Assembly: GCA_035694565.1 (NCBI GenBank)
Contig: DASSFK010000071.1
Coordinates: forward strand, 1-47,317
Direction of reading: 5' to 3'
Length of the DNA stretch: 47,317 nt
DNA from: Sphingomicrobium sp.
GTDB taxonomy: Bacteria > Pseudomonadota > Alphaproteobacteria > Sphingomonadales > Sphingomonadaceae
In this document: in pieces, positions 37,679-47,219 of the stretch
Layout of the letters: each line of letters starts with the position of its first letter
How positions within the stretch are numbered: the stretch's first letter is position 1
Notes under the pieces: model-generated
What the model saw: the letters and a program-made list of their open reading frames with translations, nothing else
Told to the model about the DNA's origin: nothing
Database searches by the model: none
Position numbers and translations under genes: made by a program

Positions 37679-40600
37679 GTGGCATGCACTTCATGTGGTA
37701 GCGACCGGCCCTGCGGATGCTGCGAAGGCGTCGCGGTGCTGACTCCGGTCGATCATGCCAATCGCGCCGCGTTGCCAGCGATCGCCTGGCGAGCGGGCAC
37801 CCATGGCCAGTTCGTGGCGACGATGAAGGCGCGCCTCGCCGCCGTCACGATCGACGCCACCGGGCCCGACGGCAATCCGCTCGATCCGCCGGTCAAGTTG
37901 CGGCCGCTCAAGGACCTCACCACCCGCGACAGTGGTGACTTCTCAATTGCCTTGCTCGACGGCTTTGCGAGCCTCGGCGACCTTCTCTGCTTCTACGAGG
38001 AGCGGATTGCGAACGAAGGCTATCTGCGCACCGCGACCGAGCGGCGTTCGATCCTCGAGCTCGCCAGTCTGGTCGGATACAAGCTGCGGCCCGGCGTCGC
38101 CTCGGGCGTCCATCTCGCTTTCGCCGTCGACCAAAACCAGGTCGATCCGGTGACGATCGAAGCCGGCGCCCGCGCCCAGAGCCTTCCCGGGCCGGGTGAG
38201 ACGCCGCAGAGCTTCGAGACCTCCGAAGACCTGCTCGCCCGGCGCGAGTGGAACGACCTGGCTCCGCGCAGACTTAGGCCGCAAAAAATTACGCTGAGCA
38301 CCGTGCTGGCGATCGACAGCGTGCATGTCGTCAGCCGCGCCACCAACCTGCGCCCCGGCGACCCGCTGCTGTTCGTGTTCGACCATCCGCTCCAGCGCGG
38401 GGCTCGGCGGATCGTCGCCGCGACCGACGAAGGCGAGGATCCCAAAACCACGATCGTTCGCCTGGTGCCGGTGGCGCCAGCGCTCGCGGCGGCCGTGCCG
38501 GTGCTGCTCCGCTTCGCCGATTCCGCCGGCGAATTCCGCGAAGGCGAGGTCGGCGGCGACCAGCGCACCGTGCTGTGGGGTGACCGGCTGCTGCAGTACG
38601 CGCTGATGGAGCAATCCGGCACGCCGGCCGACTGGGCGGACGAGATGCGAAACATGGCGGACGTGCCGCTGTCGCCTGAGCTCGAGCCGCTGATCGCCGA
38701 TCTCAAGGAGGACATCGCCGAGGCGGTCGACGCGGCCGGCCAGCCGGGCGGTCCGGCAACAACCGATCCGAGCCGTTTCGTCGATGCGCTGCTCAAGCCC
38801 CGCATCCCGCAGGTCGCGTCGTCAGCGCAGCTACGGCGCAGCCTGGCCGGGACATTCCACGCCGGCGCCGATCCGGCGCCGCAGCTACTCCTCAACCTCG
38901 CTCCGCAGCTGCGCGACGGCTACTACGCCGCGTGGGCGAACGCCAATGTCGCGACCAGCGCCACCCAACTGGTCGGCGTCTTCGCGCTGCGGGTGAGCGC
39001 GGTGCCCTTCGGCGCCAATGCCGGCAAGGAGCCGCGCATCAATCGCGACTTCGATTTCGCTACCTACAGCCAGTGGGAGGACTGGGACCCTTCCGCCGAC
39101 GAGACCGATAACGCGATATGGCTCGATCAGGCCTATCCGGCCATCGTCACCGACGGCTACGCGGTCGTCGAACGGTTCGATCGCTTTCCCATGGGAAATG
39201 ACTTCGCTGGCGCGCATCTTTACCGGGTCGTCACCGCGGAGACGCGCCAGCGCGCGGCTTACGGCCTCACCGGCAAGAGCACGCGGATCATCCTTGACCG
39301 GGATTGGTGGTCCGCGCCGGCCATGGCGGATCTGAGGTCGACCAGCGTGATGGCGGCCAGCGAGAAGCTGGAGCTGGCCGAGGAGCCCGTGCCGGGCGAC
39401 GTCGGTGGCAACACAGTCGAGCTCGGGGCTCTTTACAAGGAGCTGAAATCCGGCCGCTTCGTCATCGTGAGCGGCGAGCGCAGCGACATCGAAGGCGTGA
39501 CCGGCGTCAGGACGAGCGAGTTGATGGTGCTGGCCAACGTGGTTCATGGCTACGATCTCGACCGACCGGGTGACAAGACCCACACCACCCTGACCTTTGC
39601 CACCGGGACCGCCCATCGCTACAAACGAGAGAGCGTGGTCATCTACGGCAACGTGGTGCGCGCCACGCATGGCGAGACGAGAAACGAGCTGCTCGGCAGC
39701 GGCGATGGAGCGGCGGCACTGCAGAGCTTCACGCTCAAGCAACCGCCGCTGACTTTCACATCGGTCCCGACCGCGGAAGGCGCCGAGACGACCCTCGCCG
39801 TCTATGTCGACGACGTCGCCTGGAAGGAGAGCCAGTCGCTCGAACGGCTCGGCCCCAAGGACCGCGGCTTCGTCACCGCGACCGACGATGCCGACAAGAC
39901 GACGGTCACCTTCGGCGACGGCGCTGCCGGTGCGCGGCTGCCGACCGGAGTCCAGAACGTGCGTGCCGTCTATCGCAGCGGCATCGGCGCGCCGGGCAAT
40001 GTCCGCGCCGAGCAGATCAGCCTGCTGCAGACCCGGCCGCTCGGGGTCACCGCGGTGATCAACCCCCTGCGCGCATCGGGCGGCGCCGACCGGGAGTCGC
40101 GCGACCTGGCCCGTGAAAACGCGCCACTCTCGGTCGCGACCCTCGACCGGATTGTGTCAGTGGCCGATTACGCCGCCTTCACCCGCCGCTTTGCCGGCAT
40201 CGCCAAGGCGGTGGCGCGGGCGACAACTGATGGCCGGCGGCACCTGGTCCACATCACTGTCGCCGGCGTCGACGATGCGCCGATCGATCCCGATTCGGAC
40301 CTCTACCGCAACCTTACCGTCGCGCTCCGCCGGCTCGGAGATCCCGCGCTGCCGCTGGCGGTCGAGCCGCGCGAGCTCAGGTTGCTCGTGCTGACGGCCA
40401 ATATCCGGATCTTGCCCGACTATCTGTGGGACAAGGTGTCGGCCAAGGTGCGCGCGACCCTGCTTGACCGGTTCGGCTTCCATCGCCGCCAGCTCGGCCA
40501 GCCCGCGCGGCTGGCCCAGATCATCGCCGCGATCCATTCGGTGAAAGGCGTCGCCTATGTCGACGTCGACACGTTCGGCGCCATCCCCGAAAAAGTGTCC

Positions 40601-40843
40601 GACAAAGGCGAGCGGCGGCTGGTGACCCAGGACGAAATTCTCGCCCGGGTCGCCAATATGGCGGCGCGTTTGTCCGATCCGGATACCAGCTCCGCGCACG
40701 GCCTGACCGCCGGCGCCTCGCGCACGATCGCCGACGTGATGGCGTGGCCCGGCGGATTCGACCGCGGCCACCTGCGTCCGGCCGAGCTCGCCATGTTCAC
40801 GCCCGCGGTTCCCGACACCCTGATCCTGAACGAGGTCCCATGA
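37679..40843 (+). CDS. Second baseplate J-like protein (Afp12-like)
   Basis: LTTRDSGD; FYEERIANEGYLRTATERRS; VTFGDG..GARLPTG; GGADRE; DRIVSVADY; Cys-rich N-terminus; GTG start. Confidence 0.9.
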   Translation: MACTSCGSDRPCGCCEGVAVLTPVDHANRAALPAIAWRAGTHGQFVATMKARLAAVTIDATGPDGNPLDPPVKLRPLKDLTTRDSGDFSIALLDGFASLGDLLCFYEERIANEGYLRTATERRSILELASLVGYKLRPGVASGVHLAFAVDQNQVDPVTIEAGARAQSLPGPGETPQSFETSEDLLARREWNDLAPRRLRPQKITLSTVLAIDSVHVVSRATNLRPGDPLLFVFDHPLQRGARRIVAATDEGEDPKTTIVRLVPVAPALAAAVPVLLRFADSAGEFREGEVGGDQRTVLWGDRLLQYALMEQSGTPADWADEMRNMADVPLSPELEPLIADLKEDIAEAVDAAGQPGGPATTDPSRFVDALLKPRIPQVASSAQLRRSLAGTFHAGADPAPQLLLNLAPQLRDGYYAAWANANVATSATQLVGVFALRVSAVPFGANAGKEPRINRDFDFATYSQWEDWDPSADETDNAIWLDQAYPAIVTDGYAVVERFDRFPMGNDFAGAHLYRVVTAETRQRAAYGLTGKSTRIILDRDWWSAPAMADLRSTSVMAASEKLELAEEPVPGDVGGNTVELGALYKELKSGRFVIVSGERSDIEGVTGVRTSELMVLANVVHGYDLDRPGDKTHTTLTFATGTAHRYKRESVVIYGNVVRATHGETRNELLGSGDGAAALQSFTLKQPPLTFTSVPTAEGAETTLAVYVDDVAWKESQSLERLGPKDRGFVTATDDADKTTVTFGDGAAGARLPTGVQNVRAVYRSGIGAPGNVRAEQISLLQTRPLGVTAVINPLRASGGADRESRDLARENAPLSVATLDRIVSVADYAAFTRRFAGIAKAVARATTDGRRHLVHITVAGVDDAPIDPDSDLYRNLTVALRRLGDPALPLAVEPRELRLLVLTANIRILPDYLWDKVSAKVRATLLDRFGFHRRQLGQPARLAQIIAAIHSVKGVAYVDVDTFGAIPEKVSDKGERRLVTQDEILARVANMAARLSDPDTSSAHGLTAGASRTIADVMAWPGGFDRGHLRPAELAMFTPAVPDTLILNEVP

Positions 40844-43047
40844 ACGCCATCCCAGACGAAGCGGCCCGGGCCGACCGCCTCTACCAGCTGATCCCGGCCA
40901 TCCATCGCATCCGCGACGCCGAGCGCGGCTATCCGCTGAAAGCACTGCTGGCGGTGATCGCCGAGCAGGTGAACGTCGTCGAGGACGACATCTACCAGCT
41001 CTACGATAACTGGTTCATCGAGACCGCCGAGGACTGGGCGGTGCCCTATATCGGCGACCTGCTCGGCTATGTGCCGCCACCTGGATCGGGGCTGCCGCCC
41101 GACAAGCCGGGAAGCGCGCTGCCGCCGGTCCTGGTGCCGCGCCGCGAGATCGCCAATACCATCCGCATGCGACGCGCCAAGGGCACGCTCGCGTTGCTCG
41201 AGGAACTCGCCTTCGACGTCGCCGGCTGGCCGGGCCGGGCGGTCGAATATTTCAAGCTGCTCAACCGCACCCAGCATCTCGGTCACCTCTGGCCGGCCCG
41301 CCACAGCCTGGCGGACTTGCGTGATGGCGACGCGCTCGACCGGCTCGGCGGGCCGTTCGCCGGAATCGCGCGCTGCGTCGACACCCGGCGGCTGACCTCG
41401 CCGCTGACCCCGGGGCGGCATGGCATCCCGGCGGTCGCCCTGTTCGTGTGGCGGCTGCGCAGCTTCTCGGTCACCGACACGCCGGCTCAGTGCATCGAGG
41501 AGGCCGGGCCGCATTGCTTCACCTTCTCGATCCTCGGCCAGGACGCGCCCCTGTTCGTTGCTCCCGCGCCCGAGCCGGACCCAAGCCACATCGCTGGCGA
41601 GCTGAATCGGCCGGGGCGGATCAGGCGCCGCGCCTTCGACCGGCGGCCCGGCGACTATTACGGGCAGAGCTTGTCAATCGACACCGACGGCTGGGCCGGC
41701 CATGGCGGCGACGGCCCGGTCCCGCTCGAGCAGATCATTCCGGTGGACCTTAGCGGCTGGACCTATCTTCCGGCCAAGGGGCGCATCGCGGTCGACCCGG
41801 TGCTGGGCCGCATCGCGTTCCCGCCGGGCCAGCTGCCCAAGAAGGGGGTCAGGGTCCGCTACCACTATGGCTTCCCCGGCGAGATCGGCGGCGGCGAATA
41901 TCCGCGGCCGCTGCTTGAGGCCTCGGCCGAGGCCCGCCTCTATACCGTCGCGGAGAGCGGTGGCGCCGACTTCCGCCGGATCGGCGAGGCGCTCGCTCGG
42001 TGGCAGAAGGACAATCCCAAACATGCGGTGATCGAGATCCGCGACAGCGGCGTCTATGTCGAGCCCGTCCGGATCGAGCTGGCCGAGGGTCAAACGCTGC
42101 AGCTGCGCGCCGCGTCACGGCGGCGGCCGGTGATCCGGCTGATCGATTGGCAGGCCGACCTGCCCGATGCCTTGCTCGTTACGCTGGGACGGGCCAGCCG
42201 GATCGCCTTCGACGGCCTGCTCGTCACCGGCCGGCCGATCCGGATCGAGGGCGTCCCCGACCCGGAGGAAAGCGATGAGGCCGATGCCGACCGGACCTGC
42301 CTGTCGCGGGTCGACATCCGCCACTGCACGCTGGTGCCGGGGTGGGGGATCGACTGCGACTGCGCGCCCAGGCGGCCGGCCGAGGCCAGCCTCGAGCTGA
42401 CCAACGTCCGCGCCGGAGTTCGGATCGCGCATTCGATCCTCGGCACGATCCAGGTGCGTGAGGATCAGGTGAAGCGCGACCCGATCCCGATCACGATCAG
42501 CGACTGCATCGTCGACGCCACCGGCGAGGAGCGCCAGGCGATTGGCGCGCCGGGCAATGGCATCGCCCATGCCGTGCTCACCGTGCGCGATTCCACCGTC
42601 TTCGGCATCGTCGAGGTCCATGCGATGAAACTGGGCGAGAACAGCCTGTTTACCGCCTGCGTCCATGTCGCGCGGCGGCAGATCGGTTGCCTGCGCTACA
42701 GCTACGTTCCGAGCGGCTGCCGCACGCCGCGCCGCTACCGCTGCCAGCCCGACGGCGTCGTCGCCGCGGTGAAGGCGCGTAAGCTAGAGCACGAAGCGGA
42801 GGCGCTCGCGATCGAGGGCGAGCTCATCCGGGTCCGGCCCCAGTTTACGTCACGGCGCTACGGCAACCCGGCCTATGCCCAGCTGGGGCCCGACTGCGCC
42901 GACGAAATCGTCCGCGGCGCCGATGACGAATCCGAGATGGGGGTGTGGCACGACCTCTATCAGCCGCAGCGCCGGGCGGCGCTGTCGGCGCGCATAAGCG
43001 AGTGCACACCGGCCGGCATGGATGCCGGGATCATTTTCGCCAACTAA
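40840..43047 (+). CDS. Tail protein I (gp7)-like baseplate protein with C-terminal beta-helix-like region
   Basis: LYQLIPAIHRIRD; LYDNWFIET; RREIANTIRMRRAKGT; VDPVLGRIAF; GADDESEMG; TPAGM. Confidence 0.8.
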   Translation: MNAIPDEAARADRLYQLIPAIHRIRDAERGYPLKALLAVIAEQVNVVEDDIYQLYDNWFIETAEDWAVPYIGDLLGYVPPPGSGLPPDKPGSALPPVLVPRREIANTIRMRRAKGTLALLEELAFDVAGWPGRAVEYFKLLNRTQHLGHLWPARHSLADLRDGDALDRLGGPFAGIARCVDTRRLTSPLTPGRHGIPAVALFVWRLRSFSVTDTPAQCIEEAGPHCFTFSILGQDAPLFVAPAPEPDPSHIAGELNRPGRIRRRAFDRRPGDYYGQSLSIDTDGWAGHGGDGPVPLEQIIPVDLSGWTYLPAKGRIAVDPVLGRIAFPPGQLPKKGVRVRYHYGFPGEIGGGEYPRPLLEASAEARLYTVAESGGADFRRIGEALARWQKDNPKHAVIEIRDSGVYVEPVRIELAEGQTLQLRAASRRRPVIRLIDWQADLPDALLVTLGRASRIAFDGLLVTGRPIRIEGVPDPEESDEADADRTCLSRVDIRHCTLVPGWGIDCDCAPRRPAEASLELTNVRAGVRIAHSILGTIQVREDQVKRDPIPITISDCIVDATGEERQAIGAPGNGIAHAVLTVRDSTVFGIVEVHAMKLGENSLFTACVHVARRQIGCLRYSYVPSGCRTPRRYRCQPDGVVAAVKARKLEHEAEALAIEGELIRVRPQFTSRRYGNPAYAQLGPDCADEIVRGADDESEMGVWHDLYQPQRRAALSARISECTPAGMDAGIIFAN

Positions 43048-43064
43048 GCGAAGGAGCAGCCGAG

Positions 43065-44687
43065 ATGAAGGGCGACTTCAGCAAATTCGACTTCGAGAGC
43101 GCCGCCCACTATGCGGCGGTCCTGTTCCAGCAGGGGCGGGTCAGCCTCGATTCCGACTTCAACGACGCCACCGCGATCGTGCTGCGGCAGCTGCGACTTC
43201 TCACCCGCGACCTGTACGGCGCGGCCGGCGGGCCCGCTGACGGCAGCGGCTTCGCGCTGGGTGTGCAGCAGGACGAGAACGATTGGCGGCTGACCATCGG
43301 CGCCGGTCATTACTATGTCGACGGCATCCTGTGCGAGAATCGGCAGGCACGCCACTATTCCGATCAGCCCTACTATGTGCCCGTGCCGGCCGACGCGTCG
43401 GGCGAGGGCGGCGATCCGCTGCTGCGCTGGCTCGACGAGCCCGAAGAGGACGACCGCTTCTGGGTCTATCTCGACGTGTGGGAGCGTCACATCAGCTGGA
43501 TCGAGGACGATCGCATCCGTGAGCCCGCGCTTGGCGGTTCCGATACGTGCACCCGCGTCCAGATCGTCTGGCAGGTGAAGGCGCTGCTTTGGGACGACGC
43601 GTGGGATCAGGACGGCCAGGACGACAGCATGCGCTGCGCCTCGCCGCTGGGCTCGCTGCCGGCGAGCACCGGCCTGATGGCGGCGCGGGTCGATCCCGGC
43701 GCGATCGTCGAGGATCCCTGCTCGATCGCCCCCGAGGCGCGCTTTCGCGGCAGCGAGAACCAGCTTTACCGGATCGAGATCCACCGTGGCGGAGACGGCA
43801 GCCAGGCGACGTTCAAATGGTCGCGCGACAACGGCAGCGTGGTCTCGCGCTGGCTCGGCATCAACGGCAATGCGCTGATCGTCAGCCCGGCGCGGGGCTT
43901 CCGCGCCGGCGCGTGGGTGGAGGTGTCGCACGAGGCGCTTGACCTCGCCGGCTTGCCCGGCGAGCTGGTCCGGGTGGTCGCGGTCGAGGGCGACCTGCTG
44001 ACGGTCGAGGCCCTGCCGGGCATCGCATGGCAACCGAACCTGACCAATCCCAGCGTGCGCTTATGGGATCAGAAGGGCAACGACGACATGCCGCTCGAAG
44101 ACGGCGCGCTGCCGGTGGTCGAATCTGCGACCGGGCCGGCCGCCGAGTGGATCGAGATCGGCGACGGCATTCAGGTCCGCTTCGAGCCCGGCGGCCATTA
44201 CCGGCCGGGCGACTATTGGACGATCCGCGGCAGTGCCGCCACCGGCGGGATCGACTGGCCGATTGGCGCTGGAGACGACCCGAAGGAGCGGGCGCCGCAG
44301 GGCATCGAACATCATTACGCGCCTCTCGGCATCTTGGCAGTGAATAACGGTGAGGTCAGCCTGACCTCCTGCCGGCGCTGCCTCGAGCTACCCATCGTGG
44401 CTTGCCGCGATGTTGCGCCGGCCGTTGCCCCGCCACCACCTCCGCCACCACCTCCGCCGCCCGGCCCAGCACCGGTAGCCGAGCCGGCGCCAGCTCCCGT
44501 CCCGGCCACTCCTGCGCCCGGTCGCAGCCCCGCGACTCCGCCGCGGCCACCGCGGACGCGCCCAGAGGCGGTGCAACCTCAGCCGCCTGTCCCACGCCCT
44601 GAAGAGGTCGTGCGGGAACCAGTCAGGCCGGCACGAACGACGAGACGCACTACTCCGCGTCCACCGAGCCGGCGTCCGGATGGATAA
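43065..44687 (+). CDS. DUF6519-like eCIS fibre/appendage protein with Pro-rich tail
   Basis: MKGDFS; QQGRVSLDSDFN; GHYYVDGILCEN; YLDVWER; ENQLYRIEIH; FKWSRDNGSV; DGIQVRF..G.YRPGDYW; GIEHHYAPL. Confidence 0.85.
   Translation: MKGDFSKFDFESAAHYAAVLFQQGRVSLDSDFNDATAIVLRQLRLLTRDLYGAAGGPADGSGFALGVQQDENDWRLTIGAGHYYVDGILCENRQARHYSDQPYYVPVPADASGEGGDPLLRWLDEPEEDDRFWVYLDVWERHISWIEDDRIREPALGGSDTCTRVQIVWQVKALLWDDAWDQDGQDDSMRCASPLGSLPASTGLMAARVDPGAIVEDPCSIAPEARFRGSENQLYRIEIHRGGDGSQATFKWSRDNGSVVSRWLGINGNALIVSPARGFRAGAWVEVSHEALDLAGLPGELVRVVAVEGDLLTVEALPGIAWQPNLTNPSVRLWDQKGNDDMPLEDGALPVVESATGPAAEWIEIGDGIQVRFEPGGHYRPGDYWTIRGSAATGGIDWPIGAGDDPKERAPQGIEHHYAPLGILAVNNGEVSLTSCRRCLELPIVACRDVAPAVAPPPPPPPPPPPGPAPVAEPAPAPVPATPAPGRSPATPPRPPRTRPEAVQPQPPVPRPEEVVREPVRPARTTRRTTPRPPSRRPDG
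44430..44462 (+). repeat. Polyproline-encoding low-complexity tract
   Basis: CCGCCACCACCT twice then CCGCCGCCC, encoding 11 consecutive Pro. Confidence 0.85.
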
Positions 44688-45860
44688 TTCGGATGGGATA
44701 GCGAAGGTCGGCTGCTTCCCCACTATCGGGGAGCGCCGCGGCGACAAGGACAAGAAGGTTCTCGCTGTGGACGAGATGGAAGTGCCGATCATTCGGAAGA
44801 TCTTCTCGCTCTACCTGGAGGGAGACGGCTCTTCAGGACCGATGGGCATCAAGAAGATCGTCTCCTGGCTCAACCGCAGGAATTACACCTATCGCGGCAA
44901 GCCCTTCCATGTCTCAAACGTCGACGTGGTGCTTCGGCGTACGACCTACATGGGCGCGCATTACTTTAATCAAAAAGACTCACGCACCGGCGAACGTCGT
45001 CCACGCGAAGAGTGGGTGCCCATCGCGGTGCCTGCGATCATCGACGAAGAGAGCTTCCAGACAGTCCAGGCTCGGCTGGGACAGCGAAATCCGAGGCAGA
45101 CACCTGCGCGAGTTGTCTCCGGGCCGACGCTCCTGATCGGCATTGCGCGGTGCGGCTGCGCGAGCTGTGGCGGCGCCATGACCATCCGGACAGGCAAGTC
45201 CGGTCAGTACCGCTATTATGCCTGCTCGAGGCGAGCCACGCGTGGCGAGACGGCCTGCATTGGTCGTTCCATTCGGATGGAGAAGCTCGACAAGATTGTC
45301 CTCGTTGCGCTGGAGGAGCGAGTACTGGCACCCGAGCGGCTTGCCGAACTTCTCACGGCATTTCTGGAGAAGAGCGACGAGTCTGACCAGCGCAGGCGTG
45401 AGGAGCTGGCGCTGCTCCGTGGCGCCAGGACCAACAGCGAGGGTGCCCTGAACCGGCTTTATGAATTTGTGGAGTCAGGCCTGGCGTCGCCGGGCGAAGT
45501 GATTTCGCGGAGCGACTGACCCATCATCGGCAGCGCATCGCCGCGCTCACCACTGACATCGCCGCGCTGGAGCGGCAGCTCGCCTCGAGTCAGCGCCGCA
45601 TTACGCCCGATGTGATTGGCCGATTCGGCAAGCTGCTTAGAGATGGTCTTCGGGCGGACAACCCAGCTCTGCGCCAAGCCTACACACGCCTACTCATCGA
45701 CGAGGTGACTGTCGAAACCGACCGGGTTCAGATCCGAGGCTCGCGGAAAGCTTTGGAGAGGGCCGTCATAGCTACCGCCGCGAACGGCGCGGCGAAAGTG
45801 CCCAGTTCTGCACGGGAGTGGCGCGCCCGGCAGGATTCGAACCTGCGACCCCAAGCTTAG
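44680..45860 (+). pseudogene. Large serine recombinase (integrase) remnant, lacking the catalytic N-domain and frameshifted
   Basis: Recombinase domain (IRKIF..Y...MGIKKIV..LN), Zn ribbon CASCGG..YRYYAC and coiled coil are present, resolvase domain is absent; frameshift near 45496-45500 continues as DFAERL...VPSSAREWRARQDSN into the tRNA antisense strand. Confidence 0.9.
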
Positions 45861-45895
45861 AAGGCTCGTGCTCTGTCCAACTGAGCTACGGGCGC
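45819..45895 (-). tRNA. tRNA-Arg (anticodon TCT)
   Basis: GCGCCCGTAGCTCAGTTGGACAGAGCACGAGCCTTCTAAGCTTGGGGTCGCAGGTTCGAATCCTGCCGGGCGCGCCA folds as a cloverleaf with GTTCGAATC T-loop and encoded CCA. Confidence 0.97.
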
Positions 45896-46000
45896 GCGAA
45901 GCCCTAGTCCTAGCTGCATTGTTCCGGTTGAAAAACCACTAGTGCGAACGCATCCGTTGCGCTTAGCTGTTGGCCAGCCAATTCAGTAGCGGGGACGGGG

Positions 46001-46570
46001 ATGCTCAAGAAGCTTATGTTCGGTGCGGTCATGCTGGCCGTCTTGCTTCCGGCCCAGTCGCAGGCTCAGGAGCAGCCCTCGACCGAGCTGGTTCTCTATC
46101 CCAAGGGACATTTCAAAGGCGGCGGCTATTCGATCGCGGGTGCTTCGCAGTCGATGCGTGTCTTTACCGTGAGGAGCGTGAAGATCCCCGAAGGCCAGTC
46201 CTGGGAGCTCTGCAGCGGCAACACGTTCACCGGGTGCAAGGAATTCAGCAAATCCGACGAGGCGATGGTGTTCAACGTGCGCTCCGTTCGGCCGGTCGCT
46301 CCGAAAATCACGACGGTCGGCGCCTCGGTCGGGGCCGTGGTGACCGGTCCGAACCCATCCCTCAGGGGCATGGCGTCCGAATATTTCGTTGCGCCCGACG
46401 ATCGCGGTGCCCGAATCGAAGTGCCGGAAGGGACTGCAGAAGCGATGTCGCAGCGGGCCGAGAACTTCTGCCGGGCGCGGGGATGGCGGACTGCTGCTTA
46501 CGCTCGACTGCAGACGCTTGAGAACCGGACTTTCCTTGCCGATGTGCTGTGCTCGGACACGAGGAACTGA
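46001..46570 (+). CDS. Secreted beta/gamma-crystallin domain protein
   Basis: Signal peptide ending AQA; LVLYPKGHFKG..RSVKI...WELCSGNTFTG..VRSVRPV Greek-key pattern. Confidence 0.75.
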   Translation: MLKKLMFGAVMLAVLLPAQSQAQEQPSTELVLYPKGHFKGGGYSIAGASQSMRVFTVRSVKIPEGQSWELCSGNTFTGCKEFSKSDEAMVFNVRSVRPVAPKITTVGASVGAVVTGPNPSLRGMASEYFVAPDDRGARIEVPEGTAEAMSQRAENFCRARGWRTAAYARLQTLENRTFLADVLCSDTRN

Positions 46571-46662
46571 CGACTGCTATTGATTAAGCGAGGCTGATAG
46601 GTAGGAACTCCGCTGGGACTGCGTTCCCTTTGCTAGTCAGTCAGTTGAAGGGATCTCATTCA

Positions 46663-46896
46663 ATGTCCGTCCTCATGGCACTTTTGCTCGCGGCTACTCC
46701 GAATGCTGCATCGGCTGCCGACCCGGCGCAGGCGAAGCCGCGCAAGAAGTGTGAATATGTCAGCGAGGTCGGAAGCAATCGCCCGCGCCGCGTTTGCACG
46801 GTCGTCCTGCCGAAGGCTCCGGAAGAGCAGGCCAAGACCGACGCTGCCCGGCCGGCCGGCGATCACACCGAGCACAAGGCGGGCGCGGAGGACTAA
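46663..46896 (+). CDS. Small secreted hypothetical protein
   Basis: Signal-like N-terminus; KKCE...GS...RRVC two-Cys motif common in small secreted alphaproteobacterial proteins. Confidence 0.65.
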   Translation: MSVLMALLLAATPNAASAADPAQAKPRKKCEYVSEVGSNRPRRVCTVVLPKAPEEQAKTDAARPAGDHTEHKAGAED

Positions 46897-46912
46897 GTCT
46901 TTCCCCCCGCTT

Positions 46913-46939
46913 CTCGACGAGGGCGGAGCGCTCGTCGAG
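46913..46939. terminator. Hairpin downstream of the small secreted protein gene
   Basis: CTCGACGAG...CTCGTCGAG perfect 9-bp stem; no clear U-tract. Confidence 0.35.
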
Positions 46940-47219
46940 GATCATTAGTTAGATGGGTGTTGCTGCTCGGTCGCCCGAGAAAGTGGCTCTACCGGGTCAC
47001 GCATAACTCATGTTAGCCGCAAACCCGGGCAATTCGATTTAAGTCCTGCAGCGCGGAGCCCGCCGCGAAGCGACGCGCGGGAGACTTCGCTTGTAGCGTA
47101 CCGAGAAGCGGTCCGGTCGAACGACAAGTACTCACCTATGACCGGCCGCTTCTTTTCGCCGAGAAATGGCGGAGCAGCGGACTTGCTGACAACCGCTTGC
47201 GCTCCTAGAGCCGCCGCCC

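Larger units (their letters stand above)
14138..45829. mobile_element. Genomic island (~31.7 kb) integrated at tRNA-Arg(TCT), carrying the eCIS; integrase defective
   Basis: Direct repeat of the tRNA 3' end at both ends; serine recombinase remnant abuts the tRNA. Confidence 0.75.

Noticed and set aside
15312-43064. Longest-ORF starts from the track (15312, 17459, 18166, 31773, 32425, 35050, 37610, 40744, 42945)
   Set aside because: Downstream starts have an RBS or ATGA coupling and match the family N-termini, so they were used instead
23808-44033. Long minus-strand ORFs (for example 25257-26474, 29586-30785, 36286-37293, 40555-41589, 43044-44033)
   Set aside because: Antisense shadows of eCIS genes; no RBS or family signatures
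15372-44687. Prophage or T6SS interpretation of the tail genes
   Set aside because: No capsid, portal or terminase and no TssJLM, TssK or ClpV; DUF4255, the Afp15-like ATPase and DUF4157 point to an eCIS
44680-45519. 279-aa ORF as a functional integrase
   Set aside because: It lacks the catalytic serine resolvase domain and is frameshifted before its C-terminus
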